This document shows, in pieces, positions 36,660 to 44,931 of a DNA stretch of 64,000 bases (the first letter of the stretch is position 1; each line of letters starts with the position of its first letter). A program made the translations under genes and the position numbers. A model generated the notes under the pieces. The model did no database searches and was not told the DNA's origin. It saw nothing but the letters and a program-made list of their open reading frames with translations. This DNA comes from Thermoproteota archaeon (GTDB lineage: Archaea; Korarchaeota; Korarchaeia; Korarchaeales; Korarchaeaceae): positions 155,278-219,277 of the forward strand of contig JAOZFN010000007.1 in the NCBI GenBank assembly GCA_027492205.1, written 5' to 3'.

Positions 36660-38111
36660 TTGTCAGGGTTATTATCCGACTTCACCCGGCTTCTCGGGAT
36701 GGATTTGGAGGAGTTCAGCGGATCGCCCTTTGATAGCCTGCTGACGAAGATCCAACGAAGGGCGGCCAGGGTCGCCGTGCTGGGGCAGGGACACATCGGG
36801 CTGCCAATATCCCTGTTGTTGGCCATATCGGGCTTTGAGGTGGTCGGCTACGACGTGAACGAGAGGCTCGTGGAGAGCCTGAACTCGGGGACCACCCCCT
36901 ACCCCGGCGAGCCCGACCTCCCCGAACTCCTCCGACAGGGACTCAGTTCTGGGAATTACAGGCCCACGGCCGACCCCGACGATATATCCGGGGCTGATGC
37001 CTTCATAATCGCCGTTCCGACCCCCAGAATTAACGGGGGGGAGCCAAACCTCGCGTACCTGCTCGATGCCGTCGAGACCGTAAAGAGGTCAATCAAGGGA
37101 GACGCCGTTGTGATCGTGGAGAGCACGGTCCCCCCGGGTACCACGTCGGGTATCGTGGCCACGTCCCTTCTCAGAGAAATTCCCCACCGAGTGTTCATAG
37201 CCCACTGCCCGGAGAGGGCCATGCCCGGCCAGCTAATCAGAGAACTCACAGAGGCGAGCAGGATTATCGGGGGAATCGATGAGGAGTCTGCGCTGCTGGC
37301 CAAGGAACTCTACAGCTCATTCAGCCGGGGCGAGATAATCACCACTGACGCGACAACGTCCGAGGTTGTGAAGCTCGTGGAGAACACGTACAGGGACGTG
37401 AACATCGCCCTGGCGAATGAAGTCGCCAGGATATGCTCGGTGTTGAGGGTCAGCGCTAGAGAGGTCATAGAACTCGCTAATCTCCATCCGAGAGTCAACC
37501 TGTTGAGGCCCGGGATAGGGGCCGGCGGGAGCTGCCTCACGAAGGATCCCCTCTTCCTGGCCAACGCCTCGACCGAGAGGGGATACCCTCCGGAACTCGT
37601 CATCTGCGCGAGGAAGTTGAATGAAGATATGCCGAGGGTCGCGGCCAGGCAGATAATGTCCTTCTTGGAAGAGACGGGTGGCGTTGAGGGGGCCGTCGTG
37701 GCCATCTTGGGCACGGCATATAAGGGCGGGGTGGGGGACGCAAGAGAAAGTCCTGTAAAGGATCTAGTCTCCGTTCTTAAGTCAGCAGGAGTCCGTGTCC
37801 GAGCCTACGACCCCAGATGTGAGGAGTATTTCGGGGCTGAGGTTGCCGGAAGCCCTTATGAGGCTGCAGAGGGCGCCAGGTGCATCGTTCTGGCCACGGA
37901 CCACCCCGAGTTCAAGTCTCTAGATCTCGCCAGACTGAGGGCGGCTTGCGCAGAAGGGGGACCAGTACTTCTGTACGACGGGAGGCTCATGTTCGAGAGA
38001 AAGAGGGTAGAAGAGGTCGGATTCGTGTACTCCGGGGTCGGGGAACCCCTGCTCAGGCCTTCCGAGCTACTTGAAGCAAGAGTTGGAACGCGTCGAGGAT
38101 CTTTGGCCTGA
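36660..38111 (+). CDS. Nucleotide-sugar dehydrogenase (WecC-like)
   Basis: GQGHIGLP, VPTP, ESTVPPG, CPERAMPG, KLVENTYRDVNIA, GGSCLTKDP. Confidence 0.92.
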   Translation: MSGLLSDFTRLLGMDLEEFSGSPFDSLLTKIQRRAARVAVLGQGHIGLPISLLLAISGFEVVGYDVNERLVESLNSGTTPYPGEPDLPELLRQGLSSGNYRPTADPDDISGADAFIIAVPTPRINGGEPNLAYLLDAVETVKRSIKGDAVVIVESTVPPGTTSGIVATSLLREIPHRVFIAHCPERAMPGQLIRELTEASRIIGGIDEESALLAKELYSSFSRGEIITTDATTSEVVKLVENTYRDVNIALANEVARICSVLRVSAREVIELANLHPRVNLLRPGIGAGGSCLTKDPLFLANASTERGYPPELVICARKLNEDMPRVAARQIMSFLEETGGVEGAVVAILGTAYKGGVGDARESPVKDLVSVLKSAGVRVRAYDPRCEEYFGAEVAGSPYEAAEGARCIVLATDHPEFKSLDLARLRAACAEGGPVLLYDGRLMFERKRVEEVGFVYSGVGEPLLRPSELLEARVGTRRGSLA

Positions 38112-39141
38112 CCTTAGCCCCCCTCAATGCGGCCTTGACGGCTGAGTACGCGGCCGGGTGGACGAAAGCAACGTAGGTCAGGCCCTCCTCCTCCGCCTGG
38201 GATGCTATTCCCCTTCCAAGACGCTCGATAACGTCCGGTCTCGCGTTGTAAGTCACCAAATATCCGCAGGAGGCGCAGATTTTCGAGTAGACCACGGGGA
38301 CGTTGGCCTCCGATAGGATCTGGAGCATGGCCTCGTTGGCACCTTCGTGCCAGCAGTCTGGCACTAGAAGCACCCCTCTTGAGAATTTCTTTGAGGCCAT
38401 CTTCTCATCCACGACATTCGCATCGAAAAGGGATTCGTGAAGGGTCTTTGCACTTAAGCCGGCCTCAGAGAGTCTAGAAGCCGCTTCAGGGCAGGCGGTA
38501 ACGATTCTTTCGACTCCCCGCTCCCTAAGAATTTCCGCCAGAGACTCCAGCTCCTCTCTAGCCTCATCGAAGTATCCCGCCAGCCTTAGAACCTCCCCGC
38601 AGGATGGGCGAGAGTCGGCCAGTGGGGGTACGCTCAGCCATCTCATCGCCAGTTCGGATGCAGCGACGGCCGCTTCGGGAGAATTCAGGACCCAGCGGCC
38701 CAGGTAAAGGATCGATGATCCGCCCTCCTCTGGTGGACTCCACGCCCCCTCTTGTGCTGCAGGTTCAAATAGGGGCAGGTTCGTCCTAATTTTTCTGGGA
38801 AGGGCGGCGACCTCCAGTGGAGGAACATATCCTAGGTCTATCAGCTCCTTCCTGGTCCTAAGTATGAGTTCAGAGGGCCTGACGTCGTAGGGGCAGGGTG
38901 GATCGCATCTCCCGCAGAGAACAGATATGTACATGTGCTCGATCTTGTCGATGAAGACGGGGATGTCTCTGAGGGCCAACATTGAGGCCAGGTTGACCCA
39001 ACCCCTCGGTGAGTACGCCTCGTTAAACTGTAGGGTTCTGTGAACTGGACAGCGGAGGTTGCATTCGCCACACCTAAGGCAGAATTGGAGCCCCCTAGTG
39101 AGGTCTTCGCTGAATAGTGGCTCCTTTTCCTCCGACGACAT
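38053..39141 (-). CDS. Fe-S protein of the GlcF/HdrD (CCG-domain) family, divergent
   Basis: CLRCGECNLRCP, SPRG, SVLCGRCDPPCP, SCG in place of CCG, TACP. Confidence 0.78.
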   Translation of the reverse strand: MSSEEKEPLFSEDLTRGLQFCLRCGECNLRCPVHRTLQFNEAYSPRGWVNLASMLALRDIPVFIDKIEHMYISVLCGRCDPPCPYDVRPSELILRTRKELIDLGYVPPLEVAALPRKIRTNLPLFEPAAQEGAWSPPEEGGSSILYLGRWVLNSPEAAVAASELAMRWLSVPPLADSRPSCGEVLRLAGYFDEAREELESLAEILRERGVERIVTACPEAASRLSEAGLSAKTLHESLFDANVVDEKMASKKFSRGVLLVPDCWHEGANEAMLQILSEANVPVVYSKICASCGYLVTYNARPDVIERLGRGIASQAEEEGLTYVAFVHPAAYSAVKAALRGAKVRPKILDAFQLLLQVARKA

Positions 39142-39146
39142 GCCCC

Positions 39147-40499
39147 TTATCCCCCTCTAGCAGGCACGATCTTGCCCGGATTCAGGATCCACGCTGGATC
39201 AAAGACCTTCTTGAGCAGAGCGAAGGCGGCCGCCGCCTCCGGCCTGTGCTTGGCGAAGGCATGGGCCATGGTGCGCCCTATCCCGGTTCCAAATCCCAGA
39301 ACTCCCCCGTTACCGGCAAACAGCTCGGCCGCGCTCTGAGAAGCTGATACCGCCCTCCCTACAAGTTTGTCGTCTAGGGGATCGAAGAGGAATCCCACGG
39401 TCACCCATCCGAGAGGCACTGAGGATACGGTCAGCGTAGAGACCCTGTACCTTGAGGCGGTTCTGTCTATCTCGGGGATGATGTCGCGGAGCGTGGATCT
39501 GGGGAGCGCCGCGCTCACGAATATCGCAGCCTGCTTGGCTTGCTTGATCGCCCTTATGATCGGCTCGTTTCTGTCCGGCAGCTGCCCATCAAGCACATCG
39601 TGGCTTAACGGTTTGAACTCCTCAAGCACCTCTCGCAGGATCTTTGAGTTGGATTCTATGCACTCGGGGGTCCCCGTGAAGGTGATCAGGGCTCTAGCGC
39701 CCTTCTCCTGCTCTCCCTCCGCGACCTCCAAGACATCCCTATGAAACACGTCCATGGCGGCTGGCCTCACTCCCCTCGCAGTTAACTCTGAGAGTAGCGC
39801 CAGGGCGTCGAGTGAATCGAGTAGATCGAGCGAGTGTGTCACCACCTGAGGCCGCCTCGCCAACCTGATGGTCACCCGGGTTATGACGGCCAGGGTGCCC
39901 TCCGAACCCAGGATGGAGTCCATCAAGAACCTAGGTCCTCCGGCCTGGTAGCCCCTGAGGTCGATCCACTGGCCAGCAGGCGTCACCGCCCTTAAGCCTA
40001 CGACGAAATTCCTCATGGTCCCGTAGCTCACAGACAGGCTCGATGCGGCGTCCGTGGCCGCGAGTCCCCCTATCGTCGCGCTGCCACCACCAGCTAGTCC
40101 AATAGGGAGAAAGAAATCGCCCCCGAGCTTTTCCTCAAGCTCCTTAACCCTGAGGCCTGGGCCAGCCTCGACCGTTCCCTCCTCTTCGTCTAGTTCGAAC
40201 GCCTCATTCAAGCCCGTGAGATCCAGAACCACGCCACCCTCAACCGGAATGGGTCCCCCAACCAGGGAAGTGGCCGCCCCTCGTGGGGTCACGAAGAACT
40301 CATGCTCCGTCGCCGCCTGCAGAACCTCTCCGACCTCCTCCTCCGACGTGGGACGGACGACGGCATCCGGCATCTGCCTGACGTTAGAAGCGTCGAAGGA
40401 GAAGGTGGCAAGCGAGATCTCGTCTGACAGTATCCTATCGTCACCCAGAATCTTACCCAGTATCTTCACGAGGTCTTCTGGCATCTTGCAGTCTGTCAA
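39147..40499 (-). CDS. FAD-linked oxidoreductase (GlcD/Dld family), C-terminal catalytic motifs degenerate
   Basis: PRGAATSLVGG, ATIGG, GSEGTLAVIT, FDPAWILNPGK. Confidence 0.85.
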   Translation of the reverse strand: MTDCKMPEDLVKILGKILGDDRILSDEISLATFSFDASNVRQMPDAVVRPTSEEEVGEVLQAATEHEFFVTPRGAATSLVGGPIPVEGGVVLDLTGLNEAFELDEEEGTVEAGPGLRVKELEEKLGGDFFLPIGLAGGGSATIGGLAATDAASSLSVSYGTMRNFVVGLRAVTPAGQWIDLRGYQAGGPRFLMDSILGSEGTLAVITRVTIRLARRPQVVTHSLDLLDSLDALALLSELTARGVRPAAMDVFHRDVLEVAEGEQEKGARALITFTGTPECIESNSKILREVLEEFKPLSHDVLDGQLPDRNEPIIRAIKQAKQAAIFVSAALPRSTLRDIIPEIDRTASRYRVSTLTVSSVPLGWVTVGFLFDPLDDKLVGRAVSASQSAAELFAGNGGVLGFGTGIGRTMAHAFAKHRPEAAAAFALLKKVFDPAWILNPGKIVPARGG

Positions 40500-40545
40500 A
40501 GTCTCCGGAGAAATGGTTTAAGATTTCGCGCTCAACCCCAACGCG

Positions 40546-41649
40546 ATGCCATACGAGAGTCCTCTACTGGAAGCGCATGAGCAATTGGGGGCTGATTTTA
40601 CGTTATTTGCCGGGTGGAAAATGCCCCTGAGATACACAAGCGCCATCAAGGAAACCCTCGCTGTTAGAAACTCTGCTGGGATTTTCGACGTCTCCCACAT
40701 GGGACGACTGAGGATCAGAGGACCGGATGCGGCGAGGTTCCTGAACTACGCCACGTCAAATCAGGTCGACGCGGAAGTCGGCAGGAGCAGGTATACCCTG
40801 ACGCTCAACCCGCGGGGTGGGATCAAGGACGACGACATGACCTTCCGTCTGGGGCCTGAGGAGTACATCGTCGTGGTGAATGCAGCCAGTAGAGAAAAGA
40901 TTGTCTCCTGGTTTGAGACGATAGCCTCAGAGCGGGAGTTTAATGTGAGCATAACCGATGAGACGTTTGAATCCGCGATGCTGGCGGTCCAAGGCCCGCT
41001 GGCCAGGGAGCGAGTTCACGAAGTGATTGGAAGGCCCGTCAAGATGAAGAAGTTCAGGAACGCGCTAATCCAGGCGTACGGGAACCAAGTGCTCATCAGC
41101 CGGACGGGATATACCGGCGAAGACGGGTACGAGGTGATATTTTGGGACGCCTCAGCCGCATCTCGATTCCTGAGGGACCTCGTCGAGGCCGGGGTAACTC
41201 CCTGCGGCTTGGGCGCTAGGGACATACTCAGGCTTGAGGCCGGCCTCCCACTGTACGGAGCCGATATGACCGAGGACACCACGCCCGTGGAGGCAGACCT
41301 AATGTTCGCGGTGAGCATGGAGAAGGGAGAGTTCATCGGGAAGCAGGCTGTGGATGAGATCCTTCAGACGGGGCCCGCGGAAAGGAGAGTTGGACTGAAG
41401 AGCTCCTCGCGAAGGGCGCCGAGGCATGGAGACAGGCTCGTCAAAGACGGTGAGGTCGTGGGCCGGGTCACGAGCGGCGTGTACAGCCCCACCGTGGGAG
41501 TCGGCGTGGCAATGGGATACGTGAGATCGGACCTAGCGAGTCCCGGCGTTTATCTATTGGCGGAGGGCGTTGGAAAAATAGAGGTGCAGGTTGTGGACAT
41601 GCCTTTCTACGACACGACGAGATATGGGTGGAGGAGGAAAAGAGAGTAG
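40546..41649 (+). CDS. gcvT: Glycine cleavage system T protein
   Basis: FAGWKMP, FDVSHMG, QGP, RTGYTGEDGYE, GLGARDILRLEAG. Confidence 0.95.
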   Translation: MPYESPLLEAHEQLGADFTLFAGWKMPLRYTSAIKETLAVRNSAGIFDVSHMGRLRIRGPDAARFLNYATSNQVDAEVGRSRYTLTLNPRGGIKDDDMTFRLGPEEYIVVVNAASREKIVSWFETIASEREFNVSITDETFESAMLAVQGPLARERVHEVIGRPVKMKKFRNALIQAYGNQVLISRTGYTGEDGYEVIFWDASAASRFLRDLVEAGVTPCGLGARDILRLEAGLPLYGADMTEDTTPVEADLMFAVSMEKGEFIGKQAVDEILQTGPAERRVGLKSSSRRAPRHGDRLVKDGEVVGRVTSGVYSPTVGVGVAMGYVRSDLASPGVYLLAEGVGKIEVQVVDMPFYDTTRYGWRRKRE

Positions 41650-41655
41650 CAGGGG

Positions 41656-42015
41656 CTACTCTTCCCTCTTCCCGCCCCTGACTACACCCAGTACCACATG
41701 GCTCACGGTCTTGGCCAGTCTCCTCGTCTCAGCGATCTTTACGACATCCCCCTCCTTAACATCGATGCACGGTGGCAGGTGCGCGTGGATCTTGCTCCTC
41801 CTTCTCTCGTACCTCTTGAACTTCGGCACGTAGTGGAGGTAGCTTATTTGAACAGTGACCGTCCGAGTCATCTTCGTCGAAACGACCTCTCCGACTAGGG
41901 TCTTTCCCCTGATTGATATCGTGCCGTGCCAGGGGCACTTGTCGTCGTCGCACTCCCTTTCGGGCGGTATCACATCGGAGACCAGATAGTCAGGAAGGGA
42001 CCTAACCCTGCTCAT
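41656..42015 (-). CDS. rps17p: Ribosomal protein uS17
   Basis: CDDDKCPWHG, RYERRRSKIHAH.PPC, ETRRLAKT. Confidence 0.96.
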   Translation of the reverse strand: MSRVRSLPDYLVSDVIPPERECDDDKCPWHGTISIRGKTLVGEVVSTKMTRTVTVQISYLHYVPKFKRYERRRSKIHAHLPPCIDVKEGDVVKIAETRRLAKTVSHVVLGVVRGGKREE

Positions 42016-42320
42016 ATCCTCTTCACCCTCTCCTCCGGTCTTCCTACAATCTTATCGCCAAGAACCCTGACGCGCCTGCCGGATGGCAGGGTAAACAAAA
42101 ACACTCTGTGAGACTTAGGTATCAGGCGGCGTCCTCTGTGGGTCTCCAGCACGAGTAGGTGGTGGGTTTCATCTACCACGACCCCCGAGAGCCCGACCTG
42201 ATCCGGATCCGGGGAGGACTCCACCTCAACTTTTAGCCCAATCAGCTCGTGGTATATCAGGTCAGATGGCTTCCTCGGAATTTTGACACGACGATAGAAC
42301 TCCTCAAAGGCGTTTATCAA
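42012..42320 (-). CDS. rnp1: RNase P protein Rpp29
   Basis: HELIGL, G.VVDET, IPK, RPEER. Confidence 0.93.
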   Translation of the reverse strand: MINAFEEFYRRVKIPRKPSDLIYHELIGLKVEVESSPDPDQVGLSGVVVDETHHLLVLETHRGRRLIPKSHRVFLFTLPSGRRVRVLGDKIVGRPEERVKRI

Positions 42321-42535
42321 GCCATGAACCCCCTCTCTCGCATTACGGTGAGCACTCGGGCGATCTGCCTGCGCACCAGCTTGAACTTGTGCACCTGCTC
42401 AGGAGGCGCGCCTGCGGCCAGCTTGGCCTGCAGATCGAAGTACTCCCGCCGCAGTTCACTGAGCCTATTCCTCAGCTCCTCCTCCGACAGCGTCCTCAGC
42501 TCCTCCAGAGTCTCGTTCCTCAACGGCAGATTCAC
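42317..42535 (-). CDS. rpl29: Ribosomal protein uL29
   Basis: ELRTLSEEEL..RL.EL, RRQIARVLT; operon position. Confidence 0.92.
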   Translation of the reverse strand: MNLPLRNETLEELRTLSEEELRNRLSELRREYFDLQAKLAAGAPPEQVHKFKLVRRQIARVLTVMRERGFMA

Positions 42536-43313
42536 TCACCCCCTCAACCACACTCTCTTCGGCTTCGAGAGACCCTTCTTCGGCCTCCTCACCCGGGGTG
42601 TCGGAAGTCCCTTCCAGGAGTTCGGGCGGGATCTCCTCGCCCTCCCCGCCCTCGCCAGGTGCCTCACCTGAGAACTCCGCGAGGACCTCCTCCACCCTCT
42701 CAGGAATCACGATTATCTGATCTGGCATTGTGGACTCGTCCACCGGCTTGACAATTCTGACGCGGATCCCCAGCATGCCTTGAGGGAGCATAACGTGCCT
42801 GACCGCGTAATCCACGTAGCTCGTCGGCTCCTCACCGCAGCGGTAGATGACGCCCGCCCTAAATCTCTCCTCTCGGGCCCTCTGGCCGGTGAACTTCCCG
42901 GCTATCCTTATCTCAACGCCCTTGGCTCCCGAGGCCATCACCCTTCGGAGGGCGGCGAAGGCAGCCCTCTTGTGCCGCTCTCCCCTCATTATTCTCCTCG
43001 CAATGTAGTTCGCGACTATGCTGGCACTTAGGAAGGGCTGCTCAACCTTCTCCACCCTCAAGTACGGGTTCTGGAACCCAAACTCTCTCTTGAGAATCTC
43101 AGTGAGCCTCTTGGCTATCCTGCCGCCCCTCCCGATGACAAGTCCCGGCCTCTCCACGTAAAGCGTCACCACATCCCTGACCGGCGTCGTGACCACCTTG
43201 GCTCCGTGGAACCCCGCCCTATCGAGTTCTCCCAGAAGGAACTCGTAGACTCTGGCCTTGATCAGGCCCTCTTCAATAATCTTCTTGTAAGTTGGGCTTG
43301 CCTTGGCGCTCAA
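42465..43313 (-). CDS. rps3: Ribosomal protein uS3 with acidic C-terminal tail
   Basis: RPGLVIGRGG (KH domain), GAKGVEIRIAGK, GMLGIRVRI. Confidence 0.95.
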   Translation of the reverse strand: MSAKASPTYKKIIEEGLIKARVYEFLLGELDRAGFHGAKVVTTPVRDVVTLYVERPGLVIGRGGRIAKRLTEILKREFGFQNPYLRVEKVEQPFLSASIVANYIARRIMRGERHKRAAFAALRRVMASGAKGVEIRIAGKFTGQRAREERFRAGVIYRCGEEPTSYVDYAVRHVMLPQGMLGIRVRIVKPVDESTMPDQIIVIPERVEEVLAEFSGEAPGEGGEGEEIPPELLEGTSDTPGEEAEEGSLEAEESVVEGVSESAVEERDSGGAEDAVGGGAEE

Positions 43314-43320
43314 GCCACGA

Positions 43321-43785
43321 TCACCCCCGCTCCTCCAGGACCACCTCTAGGTGGACCAGCTGCTCTACCTTGGGAGTGGCCCTCCCGAAGGCCCTCGGGA
43401 AGAATCTCCTGAGCTTCGGCCCCTGCTGGGCTGCTATGTGCCTAATGAACAGCCTCTCCGTGTCGAGCCCCTTCTGCTCGGCATTGGCCTCCGCGCTCTT
43501 GAGAAGCTTCATCGCCAGCTTGGCGGCCTTCACCGGAAACCTGCCAGCCTTCCAGCCCTGGAGCTGCCGCCGGTGGCCCACGCCCTTCTTGTACCTCTTG
43601 AAGGGAACGGGCCTCCTGAGGGAGATCACGTCCTCCAGTATCCTGCGAGCGTCTTCGAGAGATTTACCCCTGAGCTCACGAACGAGCTCAACCATCTCCT
43701 TGAAGGAGACTCTGAGGTCCCTGGCAGAGGCCTTCACTTGGTTTTCAGCTAGCTCCTGAGCGTAAGAGTATCCAAAGTTCGGCAC
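43321..43785 (-). CDS. rpl22: Ribosomal protein uL22
   Basis: VSFK, PVPFKRY, GRFPVKAA, NAEQKGL, PRAFGRATP. Confidence 0.96.
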   Translation of the reverse strand: MPNFGYSYAQELAENQVKASARDLRVSFKEMVELVRELRGKSLEDARRILEDVISLRRPVPFKRYKKGVGHRRQLQGWKAGRFPVKAAKLAMKLLKSAEANAEQKGLDTERLFIRHIAAQQGPKLRRFFPRAFGRATPKVEQLVHLEVVLEERG

Positions 43786-43829
43786 TGAGCCACCACCTCT
43801 AGCTTTCGCCCAGACCGAGTTGGTGAGGT

Positions 43830-43837
43830 TATTTAAA
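43830..43837 (-). promoter_or_regulatory. TATA box for the uL22-uS17 operon
   Basis: TTTAAATA on the minus strand about 45 nt before the rpl22 start. Confidence 0.55.
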
Positions 43838-43853
43838 CATGGTTCGGAGAGTC

Positions 43854-44879
43854 CTACTGAGGTCTTCTTTTCTCCCTCTTCAACAGCGCGTACACCAGGA
43901 CGACCGTCCCCGCTAGGGGAGGGACGAGCGGGAGTATCACGGCGCCGGCACCTGTTAAACCAGTTCCACTGGTCTTCAGCTTACCGAGATCTACCCTAAT
44001 TCCCTCTGGATTGTCGACGGCGCTGAGTTCCCAAACGACCGAGTTCATGTCCAGCTTAAAGGGGTTTGGATCGGCGCCGACTATAGACTGGTCGGGAACT
44101 TCCTCCCTGAATATGAGCGTGTAGGCCGCTCCCCTCGGGAGGGCCGTTGTGATGGGGTCCAAGTACACCGAGGTGACGCCCCCCTCCCTCTTGAGGGGGT
44201 AGGGCGATTCGAAAGATACCGTCTTCCCGCTGATCTCATAGGCCAGGTCTCCAACCCAGTCAGGCTTCACTGGGGGTTGGGGAGACTGTAGAACGAAGTG
44301 GATCCTGTACTCCTCCAAAAATGGCGTCTCGCTCCTCACCGGAGCCTCTACCGTGAATCCCCTGCCGGTTAGGTTCTTGCCCGTCACGGGGTTCGTGAAG
44401 TTGACTATTAGGTCGGTTCTCACGGTGGGCCTTGGGATCATGAGAAAGCCCTCTCCGAACAGCGTCTTCATCAGCTCCTGGAGCGCGAGGTACGGAGACC
44501 CCATGGACTGAAGAGAGTTCCATAGCCTGATCGCCAAGTCCGGGTTGGCACCCTCGGGTAGGTTCGGAGTTATGTAGAGTCGGTAGGTCCCCCCGAGCGC
44601 GTCTCCTGACCTCTTCAGCTCAACGTACCCCTCATACCTTATGCCCATCGCCAGAGGGATCCCTCTCCTGGTGTAGCTGCTGAATTCTATCGTCGAGAAG
44701 GGTCTGTGAACGTACCCCGAGAAGTTGACGCTGAAGTCCGGATTGAGCGTGATCGTCACGACGGACTCGTCTGGGAACGGAGCTTCTATCCCCACTGGTG
44801 GAACCGAATTGGCAAGCGGGGTCGACACCACCATCATGGCAATCAGCGACGTGACCGTGATCCTGGCGATCCTGTTCAT
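43854..44879 (-). CDS. Hypothetical secreted protein with C-terminal membrane anchor
   Basis: Signal peptide, N-glycosylation sequons, C-terminal TM helix and basic tail; SD GGAG. Confidence 0.7.
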   Translation of the reverse strand: MNRIARITVTSLIAMMVVSTPLANSVPPVGIEAPFPDESVVTITLNPDFSVNFSGYVHRPFSTIEFSSYTRRGIPLAMGIRYEGYVELKRSGDALGGTYRLYITPNLPEGANPDLAIRLWNSLQSMGSPYLALQELMKTLFGEGFLMIPRPTVRTDLIVNFTNPVTGKNLTGRGFTVEAPVRSETPFLEEYRIHFVLQSPQPPVKPDWVGDLAYEISGKTVSFESPYPLKREGGVTSVYLDPITTALPRGAAYTLIFREEVPDQSIVGADPNPFKLDMNSVVWELSAVDNPEGIRVDLGKLKTSGTGLTGAGAVILPLVPPLAGTVVLVYALLKREKRRPQ

Positions 44880-44931
44880 TCTCCTTGACCTCCTTCAGGA
44901 TCGGGGCTCACGACGGCAGGTTATATAAATC

